Shown: positions 48,681 through 61,362 of the stretch, one piece after another | Numbering within the stretch: position 1 is the first letter of the stretch | Layout: each line of letters starts with the position of its first letter | Origin: Candidatus Poseidoniia archaeon | GTDB lineage: Archaea > Thermoplasmatota > Poseidoniia > MGIII > CG-Epi1 | NCBI GenBank assembly: GCA_029936395.1 | Contig: JAPYSW010000001.1 | Coordinates: forward strand, 1,427 to 65,426 | Reading direction: 5' to 3' | DNA length: 64,000 bases | Notes under the pieces: generated by a model | What the model was told of the DNA's origin: nothing | Databases searched by the model: none | The model's input: only the letters and a program-made list of their open reading frames with translations | Translations under genes and position numbers: made by a program

Positions 48681-49688
48681 TTGAAATCTGAACCGTTTGT
48701 ATCTATTATAATTCCAACAACTGGAAAAGTGAAATTCATAAGAGGATTAGTCAAGAGTGTAATTGAATTAAACTACCCTAAAGATAAATTTGAGCTAATT
48801 CTCATTGGTGATAAAAATACTAATTTAATAGAAAAGCACTCTGAAATAGCTATTGAAAATGGAATAAATACAATATTAATTTTTGAACCAGTACCTGCAG
48901 GTCAAAAACGAAATATTGGAACTGAAAAAGCTAAGGGAGACTTAATTGCATTTACGGATGATGATACTATCTTAAGAGAAGATTGGATTAGAAATGCAGT
49001 AAAACATTTGAAACAAAATAAAGAATACGTAGGAGTAGGCGGACCTAATTTTACACCTAAACAAGGATTACCCTTTGCTAAGGCTGTCGGAAGAATTTTT
49101 GGTTCTAAATTTTTATTTTCATTTAGATATACGATAGGGCATGCTAAACCAAGAGAAATTGCTCATAATCCTACTTGTAATTATATTATCAAAAAAGATA
49201 TTGTTAATAAAATAAAATTTCATCGTAATCTTTGGCCTGGCGAAGATGTAGAATTTGACATTCGTGTTCTAAAAGCAGGACATAAAATTCTTTATTCGCC
49301 AGATGTGGTAGTGTGGCATCATCGTAGATCGCGCCCTAGTGCCTTTCTAAAACAAATGTTCAATTATGGTAAAACTAGAGCCCTAGTTACAAAAATGCAC
49401 CCTAGCAGTTTTGATATTAGATATTTTGCTTTTGTCTTTGCATTTATTTTCTTAATATCTCTTTATTTTATCTCATATAAAAAAATAGAATTATTTGACA
49501 TGACTCTTGATTTTAAGTTACCCTTGTTTTTGAATGGAGCCTACTTTGCCATATTGGGGTTAGCAGGCCTACTAGTAGGATACCAAACTAAAAATCTTAA
49601 ACAAACACTATATGCACCTTTAGTTTTATTCATTCAACATTTTGGATTTTCATTGGGACTTCTATATGGTTTTCTAATTAAACCATAA
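48681..49688 (+). CDS. Family 2 glycosyltransferase with C-terminal membrane anchor
   Basis: 335 aa. It has a GT-A N-terminus (SIIIPTTGK...), a DDD-like (FTDDDT) DxD motif and about 3 C-terminal TM helices. Confidence 0.8.
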   Translation: MKSEPFVSIIIPTTGKVKFIRGLVKSVIELNYPKDKFELILIGDKNTNLIEKHSEIAIENGINTILIFEPVPAGQKRNIGTEKAKGDLIAFTDDDTILREDWIRNAVKHLKQNKEYVGVGGPNFTPKQGLPFAKAVGRIFGSKFLFSFRYTIGHAKPREIAHNPTCNYIIKKDIVNKIKFHRNLWPGEDVEFDIRVLKAGHKILYSPDVVVWHHRRSRPSAFLKQMFNYGKTRALVTKMHPSSFDIRYFAFVFAFIFLISLYFISYKKIELFDMTLDFKLPLFLNGAYFAILGLAGLLVGYQTKNLKQTLYAPLVLFIQHFGFSLGLLYGFLIKP

Positions 49689-49723
49689 ACTAAAGCCTTT
49701 AGAAAGGGACTTTTTAGGAGATT

Positions 49724-50146
49724 GTGGATTTAGACTATGAAAAACTGCTTGAAAGAGCGAGAGAGGGATTGGAAGACGTTATGCAAAATGCAGAAAGATT
49801 TAGTCCACCAATTCCAGATATCATGCATGAAGGAAGTAAAAAAACAATAATACGTAATTTTTCGGAAATCGTAGATTCTCTAAGAAGAGATGAAACTCAT
49901 TTATACAAATTTCTTCTTCAAGAATTAGGCACGGCTGGCTCTGTAAATAATAGAAGATTAGTATTACAAGGAAGAGTTCCTGAGAAGAAAATTAAAGATA
50001 GAATAAAATCATATATTGAAACATTTGTGGTATGTCAGGAATGTAATCGGCCAGATACTTCGTTTTTACGTACTGGACGTACTTTGAATTTACATTGTGA
50101 AGCATGTGGTGCAAAAAGACCTATTAGGACTAATTTAATTGCTTAA
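49724..50146 (+). CDS. eif2b: translation initiation factor 2 subunit beta (aIF2-beta)
   Basis: 140 aa. YEKLLERA, ...LGTAGSV... and the C4 zinc ribbon CQECNRPDT...CEACGA are diagnostic. Confidence 0.85.
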   Translation: MDLDYEKLLERAREGLEDVMQNAERFSPPIPDIMHEGSKKTIIRNFSEIVDSLRRDETHLYKFLLQELGTAGSVNNRRLVLQGRVPEKKIKDRIKSYIETFVVCQECNRPDTSFLRTGRTLNLHCEACGAKRPIRTNLIA

Positions 50147-50191
50147 ACACTCAAACGCATATTCTTTATACACGCACAACCTAGATAAATA

Positions 50192-51748
50192 ATGAAAAAA
50201 ACACTGAGTTGGGCAATCGCATTCATTTTTGTCTTTATGTGTTTTAGTGGCTGTCTAGAAAATAATGACGATGATATTCCAAATAAGACACCTGAAGCCC
50301 GTATTCTAAAACCGGGACAAGGAAATGATTTTGAAGTAGGTGAATTTTTCACAATTGATGGATCCCTTTCTTCGGATCCTGATGGTGATGATTTACAATA
50401 TATGTGGACATTATCTGGATTAGGTAGTCCCATTGATTTAAGCAATCAAATGTCTGATTCAGTTATGGTAGACACGCCAGGAGATGATTTAGTTTTAACA
50501 TTAATGGTAAGTGATTCAGGAGGATTAACTAGTCACGATATTGTTGTAATAAATATTGAACCTGGAAATAGACCTCCTGTTGCATCAATAATTACGCCAT
50601 CTAATGGAGGCTCATATTCTAAAGGAAAAGAAGTTACTTTTAATGGAATGTCAAGTAGTGATGCTGACAATGATCCTTTAACATATGTTTGGGAATTAGG
50701 AGAGGCTGGTGAACCAACATATAAGGCATCTATTGAAAGCAAATTTTCTTTAGCCTTAGGGGAAGGAGACTGGAGCGTTATCTTAACCGTAACTGATCCA
50801 GATGGAGAAACAAACTTTGTTAAGCACTCTTTTTCCGTAACCGATTTACCACCCATAGCTATGATTACAGTAGATAAAACAACTGTTTTTACGGATGAAC
50901 TTATTCAATTTTCAGGAGAAGATTCTTATGATCCTGAAGGTGAAGCCTTAGATTTTCTCTGGAATTTTGGTGATAACAAGACCTCTTCATTGAAATCACC
51001 TCAGCACAGCTGGACTGAGGCTGGAATGTACCAAATTACTTTGACGGTAATGGCTGATGATCAGGAAGGTTATGATACTAAAAATATTGAAATAAAATCA
51101 CTAGGACCAATTGCTAAATTAGAATTTAAAGACGATGGCGGTACTACTGTTGAAAAAATTAGATCTAATGCAAATGTCACATTAGATGCAAGTGAATCTA
51201 GTGGACCTGATGGTGAAATTAAAGAATACAAGTGGGACTTCGGTGATGGTATAGAACGAACCACAAATGAATCTACTACAGAATATTCATGGTCTGCGGG
51301 TGGTTACTATAATGTAACACTAATAGTTACTGATGAAAATGATAAAACTGGAGAGATAACAAAACTTTTACAAGTAGTTCCAGAAGACTACTCTGATGAA
51401 GGTCAAGATGGCTCATTAGTAGCTCAAGATATTGAACAAAATTATAATTTAAATGTGGAAATCTTTGTATCTTTAATGGAAATTGAGTTTACAGAAATCA
51501 GTTGCATTGGAGTCAGTGGATCTCTTGACTATACCATTACTGTAATAGATTCTAACGGAAATGAAGTTGGAAATGACAATGGAAATATTGCTTGTGGTGA
51601 TGCTGGCGTTAGCTGGGACTTTAGTCTTGATTCTAACAATGAACAAATAGAACTAGGAGATTATCAAGCAAATATAGCTTTTACTAATTCAGGAACGCCA
51701 GTTCAAGCAAGTTGGAATTATAGATTTGCAGTTTTCTATGAATTTTAA
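50192..51748 (+). CDS. Secreted lipoprotein-like protein with multiple PKD domains
   Basis: 518 aa. It has a signal peptide with FSGC and at least four PKD-like modules with W(D/N)FGDG cores (WNFGDN, WDFGDG) and TVTD/LTVTD strands. Confidence 0.75.
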   Translation: MKKTLSWAIAFIFVFMCFSGCLENNDDDIPNKTPEARILKPGQGNDFEVGEFFTIDGSLSSDPDGDDLQYMWTLSGLGSPIDLSNQMSDSVMVDTPGDDLVLTLMVSDSGGLTSHDIVVINIEPGNRPPVASIITPSNGGSYSKGKEVTFNGMSSSDADNDPLTYVWELGEAGEPTYKASIESKFSLALGEGDWSVILTVTDPDGETNFVKHSFSVTDLPPIAMITVDKTTVFTDELIQFSGEDSYDPEGEALDFLWNFGDNKTSSLKSPQHSWTEAGMYQITLTVMADDQEGYDTKNIEIKSLGPIAKLEFKDDGGTTVEKIRSNANVTLDASESSGPDGEIKEYKWDFGDGIERTTNESTTEYSWSAGGYYNVTLIVTDENDKTGEITKLLQVVPEDYSDEGQDGSLVAQDIEQNYNLNVEIFVSLMEIEFTEISCIGVSGSLDYTITVIDSNGNEVGNDNGNIACGDAGVSWDFSLDSNNEQIELGDYQANIAFTNSGTPVQASWNYRFAVFYEF

Positions 51749-52431
51749 ATTTCGATAGAAAAAGAAATACTATTATTTTTTCTTTGGAGCAAATCACTAA
51801 GTTTTACTATTTTTGGATTAAAAATATCTAATTTTGTAGCCATTCCTTGAACATGCCCCTCACCTACTACAGCCACTATTCTAGTTATATTATTCTTTCT
51901 AAAAAGTCTAACAATATTAGTTGACATGTAAGTATCTCTTCTATCTATTAATTGATTTTTAATCGAAGGATAGCGTTCTGAAAATTCTTTTAATTCCTTA
52001 GAAAAATCTCCAGTTTGAATACTATCACTTAAACTGAAATCTCCTCCACCTACTAAAGAAAGTAAACCATCTCCAAATATCTGTCGAAATTCCAGCCAGG
52101 GCATATTTTTCCAAGCACCTCTTAATGTTAGCAATATTGGCTTATCAATCAAAGCTAAATTAGCTCCAATCGAACTAGCTACTTTACCTGCTACTAACAT
52201 CTCAGCACCTGGAGAGCTACCAAAACTTTCCCCTAAATATTGTTGAAAACGTGATAGAATTCTAACATAAAATGGCCCTCCAGTTGATTTCAAATTAGAC
52301 CTGAGAGCATGCCATCTTTGCTGATCTAACTCAATCGCGACTAAATCAGGATTGAATTCTCTTATGTATGCTTCAATAGGTGATGATAAATCAATTACAT
52401 GTGCAGTACCTATAATCATTAGTTCAGGCAT
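51745..52431 (-). CDS. TraB/GumN-family protein
   Basis: 228 aa. The N-terminus LMIIGTAHVIDLSSPIEAYIREFNPDLVAIELD matches the TraB family signature (GTAHVS...). Confidence 0.65.
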   Translation of the reverse strand: MPELMIIGTAHVIDLSSPIEAYIREFNPDLVAIELDQQRWHALRSNLKSTGGPFYVRILSRFQQYLGESFGSSPGAEMLVAGKVASSIGANLALIDKPILLTLRGAWKNMPWLEFRQIFGDGLLSLVGGGDFSLSDSIQTGDFSKELKEFSERYPSIKNQLIDRRDTYMSTNIVRLFRKNNITRIVAVVGEGHVQGMATKLDIFNPKIVKLSDLLQRKNNSISFSIEI

Positions 52432-52496
52432 AATCCGAGAAATACAGGTATCTAAAAGAGTTAACTTAATTAAATGACTTTATTATCTTTAAAATT

Positions 52497-52700
52497 ATGT
52501 TTAGTTCAAAAAGCGATGATACTGATTCCCCAGCAAAATGTCCCGGCTGCAGTAAAGATATAGGTGTAGACAATAATACCTACCGGTTTCAAGTTGTAGA
52601 TTTTACAGCTGAAACAAGTGGAAATCAACGATCAGCTGGAAGAGTTATTGCCGTATCATGCTCTAATTGTAAAAAAGTAATGGGTTTTGTTAACCAATAG
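52497..52700 (+). CDS. Small zinc-ribbon protein
   Basis: 67 aa with CPGC...CSNC. Confidence 0.4.
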   Translation: MFSSKSDDTDSPAKCPGCSKDIGVDNNTYRFQVVDFTAETSGNQRSAGRVIAVSCSNCKKVMGFVNQ

Positions 52701-53637
52701 AAAATATATCTAAGAATATAACCAAAAAGAAAAATGTAGCAACGGCCTCTAAAGTTGCTAAAATTATCGAACCTTTAGCTACAGTATGATAGCTAGGTTG
52801 TGAGTTGATTGGTAGAAAAATATAATGTACAACTATTTCTAAGATTAATAACCATCCTGTCCATATTAAAAGTTTATAATTCCATGGGAAAATTTCATAA
52901 AAACCTGAAAATAAAAGAGAACAGGCCCCTAATATAGTGAAAATCCATGAAAGGCGCATTGTATTCACTGCCCCAAACAAGGTCGCAAATGTTTCTATTC
53001 CGGAATTTCGGTCAAACTTTACATCAACTGCCATTGTTGGACAATAAAGAGCTAAAAGATAACAGAATATTGCAAAGAAATATAATCTTGGAAAATCAAA
53101 GATAGACTGATTTATTGACCAAGCTGATAATGGAATTAGAAAACCCAAACTCAAGCCATTGCTAGCTAAATCAAAACCTGGTTTAGTTTTAAAACGAAAA
53201 GGTTCAACATTATAGACAAACGAAATTACCGTAAGACCAACTATACAATAAAAAAATTCTGTATTAAATCTAATAGACATAAGCAAGCAAGAAATTTGTA
53301 AAAACCAAAAAAAATACCAAGTATTTCTAACACTAATTACTCCGCGAACTAATAAACTAAATTCTTTTCGAGGATTTTTTTTATCAAGTTCTAAATCACA
53401 AATATGATTTAAAATGAAAGTAGATGATATTAGAAATGCAATAATTACAAATCCATAGAAAAGATCAACCCCAAAAAGTTCCCCAGCTCCAACAACATAA
53501 CCTATGAAAAAAGGTGTAAAACCAACCATCCAGAATTCAAAACCAATGAATCTTAGCCAAGTTAATTGAGTAAATAACTTATTTGAAATTAGACGTGAAA
53601 AGAGTTGATTTGACATTTTTAAGACCGGATTCTTCAT
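52690..53637 (-). CDS. UbiA-family prenyltransferase (candidate digeranylgeranylglyceryl phosphate synthase)
   Basis: 315 aa with about 8 TM helices and an NxxxDxxxD motif (NHICDLELD). Confidence 0.7.
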   Translation of the reverse strand: MKNPVLKMSNQLFSRLISNKLFTQLTWLRFIGFEFWMVGFTPFFIGYVVGAGELFGVDLFYGFVIIAFLISSTFILNHICDLELDKKNPRKEFSLLVRGVISVRNTWYFFWFLQISCLLMSIRFNTEFFYCIVGLTVISFVYNVEPFRFKTKPGFDLASNGLSLGFLIPLSAWSINQSIFDFPRLYFFAIFCYLLALYCPTMAVDVKFDRNSGIETFATLFGAVNTMRLSWIFTILGACSLLFSGFYEIFPWNYKLLIWTGWLLILEIVVHYIFLPINSQPSYHTVAKGSIILATLEAVATFFFLVIFLDIFSIG

Positions 53638-53682
53638 TAGTTATGAGCCCAAGCTTAATAGCTTTAGCTGGGATGATAAAAT

Positions 53683-56687
<3,005 letters not shown>

Positions 56688-56755
56688 TTATATACAATTG
56701 GAAAGGGGGTTTTAAGTGTGCCCCACAAAAAGTTTTTTTATCGTCTATTAAAACC

Positions 56756-56763
56756 AAAAAAAA
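56756..56763 (-). terminator. Oligo-T tract (T8 on the minus strand) immediately after the peroxiredoxin stop
   Basis: The plus strand shows AAAAAAAA at 56756..56763, directly 3-prime of the minus-strand stop at 56764..56766. Archaeal intrinsic terminators are oligo-T runs. Confidence 0.4.
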
Positions 56764-57327
56764 TTACAAAGTTTTTCGCCCAGGTCTCCACCCTGCAGGG
56801 CATGCTTGACCAGACTGTAAAGCTTGTAATGTTCTAACTACTTCATCGATGCTTCTACCAATATATGGCGGGTTAATTGATAAGGATCGTAAATTACCTT
56901 CATCATCTATGATAAATGTACCTCGTAAAGCTAAACCTGCTTCATTGTCAAGAACACCGTAAGAGCTGGAAATTTTTAGGGAAGGATCGGCTAAAAGCGA
57001 ATATGATAATTTATCAATACCTCCCTTAGTACGAGGCTTTTCCATCCATGCTTTATGACTATTACGAGAATCGGTAGAGCAACCAATCAATACCACATTT
57101 GCTTTTTCAAAATCTTTGAAACGGCGATTAAAAGAATGTATTTCTGTCGGGCACAAACTTGAAAAATCTCGCGGGTAAAAGAAAAGAACCGTCCATTGCT
57201 TATCTGAAATTATTTTTACAAGTGATATTTTATCATATACTACCTTTTTTTTACGAGAATCATATTTTACAATATCGCCTTCAAACAAAGGCGCTGGTTT
57301 ACCTATTCTTAAAATTGATGATGTCAA
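56764..57327 (-). CDS. 2-Cys peroxiredoxin (AhpC/TSA family)
   Basis: 187 aa with the peroxidatic Cys motif (FFYPRDFSSLCPTE) and the resolving Cys near the C-terminus (GQACPAGWRPG). Confidence 0.85.
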   Translation of the reverse strand: MTSSILRIGKPAPLFEGDIVKYDSRKKKVVYDKISLVKIISDKQWTVLFFYPRDFSSLCPTEIHSFNRRFKDFEKANVVLIGCSTDSRNSHKAWMEKPRTKGGIDKLSYSLLADPSLKISSSYGVLDNEAGLALRGTFIIDDEGNLRSLSINPPYIGRSIDEVVRTLQALQSGQACPAGWRPGRKTL

Positions 57328-57423
57328 AACTAACTACCTATTGCCTATTTTAGCCAAAATGTATAAAGTTTTGCTCATTTAATTGGATACTATAAGTAGA
57401 AAAATAACGAATTATGGCCAAAA

Positions 57424-58485
57424 TTAATCAAAAAAAGAACTTACGGCAGCTATTACTGTAGAAACGTCTTCATTCGTTAATGCCGGATGTACTGGTAAAC
57501 TTATCGCCTTTTCAGTAAGCATTTGTGCTCTAGGGCATTCTGCCGAATACTGAGACATCGGTTCATAATTAAACAATAAAGTAGGGTAATAGATTCCCGA
57601 ACCGACTCCTTTATCTTGTAAATGTTTTCTTAATTTGTCTCTATTATCGCTCAATATAGTATATTGATGAAATACGTGCCCTCTTCGATTCTTAGGAACT
57701 TGAACATATTGTGATAAACTTTTATTATAAATCATAGCTATTTCGCGACGGCGCCTATTGAAGTCAGCCAATCTCCTCAATTGAACTCGACCTATTGCTG
57801 CAGAAATATCAGTCATTCTATAATTATAGCCAAACTCAGTATGTTGGTACTGAGCGCTCATACCATGAGCTCGTAAAATTCTACAACGATTGGCTAATTC
57901 TTTGTTATTAGTAGTAATCATACCTCCCTCTGAAGTAGTCATGTTCTTTGTTGGGTAAAAACTAAACCAGCCTGCATCTCCAAAACTTCCAGCCTTACCG
58001 CCCCAATCTTCAGCACAATGTGCTTGTGCCGAATCTTCGATTAAAACTAAATTGTTATCTTTAGCTATTTTAGAAATTTTAGGAATATCAACTAATTCGC
58101 CATATAAATGAACTGGGTGTATCGCTTTAGTTTTATCCGTAATTGCAGATTCGATCCCTTCGGGATTTAAGCAAAAACCATCTTTCTCAACATCAATAAA
58201 AATAGGCTTAGCTCCAACCATCATAACTACTGAAGCTGTAGCAAAGAAAGTAAAAGGTGTAGTAATTACCTCATCGCCAGGGCCTATATTATTTGCAATC
58301 ATAACCAAATGACCTGCTGTAGTTCCATTACTAGTAGCAACGGCATATTTTACGCCACACATTTCTGCAAATTCAGATTCAAATTTAGCGACTTCAGGAC
58401 CCTGCGCAATAATACCTGATTGTAGAACCTTATCAACTGCAGCTCTTTCTTCGGCACCTATCAAAGGATTAGCTATTGATATCAT
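57424..58485 (-). CDS. DegT/DnrJ/EryC1/StrS-family aminotransferase (nucleotide-sugar aminotransferase)
   Basis: 353 aa. The N-terminus IANPLIGAEERAAVDKVLQSG and the PLP-Lys region FSFYPTKNMTTSEGG are family hallmarks. Confidence 0.85.
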   Translation of the reverse strand: MISIANPLIGAEERAAVDKVLQSGIIAQGPEVAKFESEFAEMCGVKYAVATSNGTTAGHLVMIANNIGPGDEVITTPFTFFATASVVMMVGAKPIFIDVEKDGFCLNPEGIESAITDKTKAIHPVHLYGELVDIPKISKIAKDNNLVLIEDSAQAHCAEDWGGKAGSFGDAGWFSFYPTKNMTTSEGGMITTNNKELANRCRILRAHGMSAQYQHTEFGYNYRMTDISAAIGRVQLRRLADFNRRRREIAMIYNKSLSQYVQVPKNRRGHVFHQYTILSDNRDKLRKHLQDKGVGSGIYYPTLLFNYEPMSQYSAECPRAQMLTEKAISLPVHPALTNEDVSTVIAAVSSFFD

Positions 58486-58534
58486 TATTTATCCGATTGG
58501 AAAGGTATTAAAAACAGTGCCTGAATATTAATTT

Positions 58535-59131
58535 ATGTTTACAGATACAAACTGGAAAGCTGTCAGCGCTGAATTAATGGGTACTTTCTTCTTAGTTTTC
58601 TTTGGAGTAGCTTCCTTTATTTCGATGAGTGGAAATGATATGCTGCTTGAAGGAACTATTACTCTTGGACTCACATTATTTGTATTGGTCCATATTCTTG
58701 GACCAGTTTCAGGTTGTCATCTAAATCCAGTGATAACTCTTCCAACGTTTATTGCAGGTAAAATAAAACAAAATGATACTATTGCTTATATTGTAGCTCA
58801 AATTAGTGGAGCAACACTGGGTTTTATCTTGTTTAAAGAATTAAAACCTGAAACTAATTCTTCGGATATTGATATATTAATAATTGCATTAGTTGGAACT
58901 ACTTTTTTCGTAACATCACTTCTAACATCACAAGATCCGGCATCCATAGGTGCAACACTTTTTGTTGTTACTATTACCGCTTTTGGAGATGTGAATCCCG
59001 GTGTGAACTTGGGCCAAATGTTTGCATTCGCAATTGATGGAAATGCAATTTGGGCATTCTATGGAATTATAGGTTCACTAATAGGATGTGGCCTAGGATA
59101 TTCTCTAAAAGAGAATATTATAGACAATTAA
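58535..59131 (+). CDS. Short MIP/aquaporin-like channel with atypical NPV / NPG boxes
   Basis: 198 aa with 6 hydrophobic helices. SGCHLNPVIT stands in place of SGAHLNPAVT, and GDVNPGVNLG in place of the second NPA. Confidence 0.6.
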   Translation: MFTDTNWKAVSAELMGTFFLVFFGVASFISMSGNDMLLEGTITLGLTLFVLVHILGPVSGCHLNPVITLPTFIAGKIKQNDTIAYIVAQISGATLGFILFKELKPETNSSDIDILIIALVGTTFFVTSLLTSQDPASIGATLFVVTITAFGDVNPGVNLGQMFAFAIDGNAIWAFYGIIGSLIGCGLGYSLKENIIDN

Positions 59132-59135
59132 ATCA

Positions 59136-59546
59136 TTACAATAGTTGGGTTACTTCTTCAACTGAACGGAGTTCTTGGAAATATATTTGCTCAATCGAAT
59201 CATACATTTCTTCATCATCTTTAATCAGAGCTAATACAACCTCATAGCCTTCTGCTGCTTTTTGTTCTGTTTTAAGTGATTCGGTTAACATAATCTTGTA
59301 ATCAGTGGTATGTACTATCCCTGTAGAATCTCTATCAGTAACAGCTACGCCTCCTAGCTTAACTATAGCTGCCCTCACAGCATTAGCATGTGTGTGGGAT
59401 TCACTTGCTTCGTCATCAAAAAACGGTTTAAGATGAAGTCTGTTTATTCCCCTAATATAAGCGGAATAGTGTGAATAAAGTGCTGCTGCTCGCAATTCCC
59501 ATGCAAGTCCACCATTGAGTTTCTCAATTAATTCTGAGTGCGACAT
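59136..59546 (-). CDS. Ferritin-like / Dps-like four-helix-bundle protein
   Basis: 136 aa with the pattern LNGGLAWELRAAALYSHYSAYIRG...FFDDEASESHTHANAV and a conserved-Glu-rich second half (EQKAAEGYEV). Confidence 0.5.
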   Translation of the reverse strand: MSHSELIEKLNGGLAWELRAAALYSHYSAYIRGINRLHLKPFFDDEASESHTHANAVRAAIVKLGGVAVTDRDSTGIVHTTDYKIMLTESLKTEQKAAEGYEVVLALIKDDEEMYDSIEQIYFQELRSVEEVTQLL

Positions 59547-59584
59547 AAAAGAAGATAATTAGTCTGGTTAAAAAAACTTAACTT

Positions 59585-60061
59585 TTAACGTGATTGAACT
59601 GATAAAGTAGCTGTTTTGGCCATGATAATTTTTTGTTTCTCTTCAAATGACGGATTTTTAACAATTGAAGTTTCGAGATTAATATTCGAATAATCAAAAG
59701 AATTACCTGAAATTATTGATTCATCGGTGTCTACCATATCTGATAATTCTAAAGGTGGTTCACCAAAAGAAACCCAAGCAACCGATTTTGTGTTTACATC
59801 AATGCCTCCTATTTGAATTGCCTTTGAAATTTGTCTCTGAAAAGTTAAATACAGCAAAACTTCCGTCGATCTTTCTTTAGATAAATTATAATTGCCCTCA
59901 TGAGACTTATCTGCTAGAAATGCGGCCTGTTTAAGATGAAGTGAACCGCAAACACATTGTGGATTAATTAAAGCAAAATTCGGGCTGATGAGTAACTTAA
60001 GCTTCTCAATATCTTGTATGCGTAAACTACCACTACCTACTACTATTTCCACAAAACACAA
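59585..60061 (-). CDS. cgi121: KEOPS complex subunit Cgi121
   Basis: 158 aa. ...ALINPQ.VCGSLHL..AAFLA.......NLSKERSTEVLLYLTFQRQISKAIQIGG parallels the archaeal Cgi121 core (ILVRASGQRQIHEAIKIIG in M. jannaschii, recalled from memory). Confidence 0.6.
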   Translation of the reverse strand: MCFVEIVVGSGSLRIQDIEKLKLLISPNFALINPQCVCGSLHLKQAAFLADKSHEGNYNLSKERSTEVLLYLTFQRQISKAIQIGGIDVNTKSVAWVSFGEPPLELSDMVDTDESIISGNSFDYSNINLETSIVKNPSFEEKQKIIMAKTATLSVQSR

Positions 60062-60118
60062 TCGACAGAGCAGATTATATAATAGGTAGCGTGGTCATTT
60101 AACATAGGAGTAATTGAT

Positions 60119-60823
60119 ATGGGTCTTGAAAACGAAGAAAAATTTGCTCAAATAGAGAGCAGCCTAAGTCTAGAACAACAAAGATTAGAAAAACTTTGGG
60201 ATGCATATGAACAACAAGAAAAAGATTTGAATGCTGCATTGGATCGCATTAATTTCTTAGAAGCTGATATAGAAACAAAGCAAACTATGATTGCTTCTTT
60301 ACAAGAATTACTAGTGGAAAGAGACAACAAACTTCGTGATATGGAAATTGAAAGACAGAGGCAAGGTAAAGTTGAAGCTGAATATGAACCTCGAATTAAT
60401 GTAATGGAAGATACTATGAATGATCAAACTGAAAAGTATGATCGGCTTTTATCAATAACCCAAGAAATGGAAGATGAATTGGATCTTGCTAGAAAATCAT
60501 TACATGCAAGAGATAGCTGGTTTAATCTAAATGTTAGTAGCTTAGAATCAATATCTGAAGTTATCAAAGAATGGCGTAGCATTCAAGCCGGGAAGTTTCC
60601 AGCAGCTGGTAAGGCCAGTGGACCTGGAGGTGGAAAAGCAGAATTCATCGAATCGGTATCAAAGATTAAAGGACTAGGAACCATAAAAGCTGAGAACCTA
60701 TATGATTCTGGTTTCCATACTGTAGATGATTTAAAAGCTGCAAGTCTTGATGATGTTTCAAGCGTTATAGGATTTACGAAACTCAGTGCTAGTAAAGTAG
60801 TAACTGGGGTAAAAGATCTTTAG
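60119..60823 (+). CDS. Coiled-coil protein with C-terminal helix-hairpin-helix-like segment
   Basis: 234 aa. The N-terminal ~130 aa are heptad-rich and Glu/Lys/Leu-rich. The C-terminus has IKGLGTIKAENLYDSGFHTVDDL (an HhH-like GhG). Confidence 0.45.
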   Translation: MGLENEEKFAQIESSLSLEQQRLEKLWDAYEQQEKDLNAALDRINFLEADIETKQTMIASLQELLVERDNKLRDMEIERQRQGKVEAEYEPRINVMEDTMNDQTEKYDRLLSITQEMEDELDLARKSLHARDSWFNLNVSSLESISEVIKEWRSIQAGKFPAAGKASGPGGGKAEFIESVSKIKGLGTIKAENLYDSGFHTVDDLKAASLDDVSSVIGFTKLSASKVVTGVKDL

Positions 60824-61362
60824 ATTAGCAAAAAATTAGAAACTATTTTTTCATTTCTGACTTCTGGATGAAAAGATATCCCGTATATCTCTTTACTAAC
60901 ATGTTTAACAGCTTGAATGCAGCTTTCACTCTTAGCTAAAACTGAAAATTTGTCAGAATCTTGAACCGAATAGTTATGAAGATTATAGGCTTCAAAATTA
61001 CCATCAAACAATTTATTTGGTTCTAATGTCTTTACTTCAACCATTCCTATTTCCACATTATCAATTAATCCACTTATGCCAAATATGGAGGTTAAAATTT
61101 GCATACCTGAACAAATACCCAAAATTGGTCTTTCAAAATTTTTTAATAATGTGTCAAAAAAAGGTAACAAACTAATGTAGGCGAAATCTTGTAATGAAGT
61201 ACCACAAAGGATTACTCGGTTATACTTTGAAACTATTTCTTTACTACAATCCTCAAAATTTAGAATATCATGGTCATTATCACCTAATATCTCAGAAATT
61301 GGATAAACAAATTCTCTTTCACTTAACCTATTTTCACAAGTTGAAATCAAAAGTGTACTCAT
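60820..61362 (-). CDS. Class I glutamine amidotransferase (stand-alone GATase subunit)
   Basis: 180 aa with the catalytic Cys in GICSGMQ and the His-Glu pair in FHPEV. Confidence 0.75.
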   Translation of the reverse strand: MSTLLISTCENRLSEREFVYPISEILGDNDHDILNFEDCSKEIVSKYNRVILCGTSLQDFAYISLLPFFDTLLKNFERPILGICSGMQILTSIFGISGLIDNVEIGMVEVKTLEPNKLFDGNFEAYNLHNYSVQDSDKFSVLAKSESCIQAVKHVSKEIYGISFHPEVRNEKIVSNFLLI

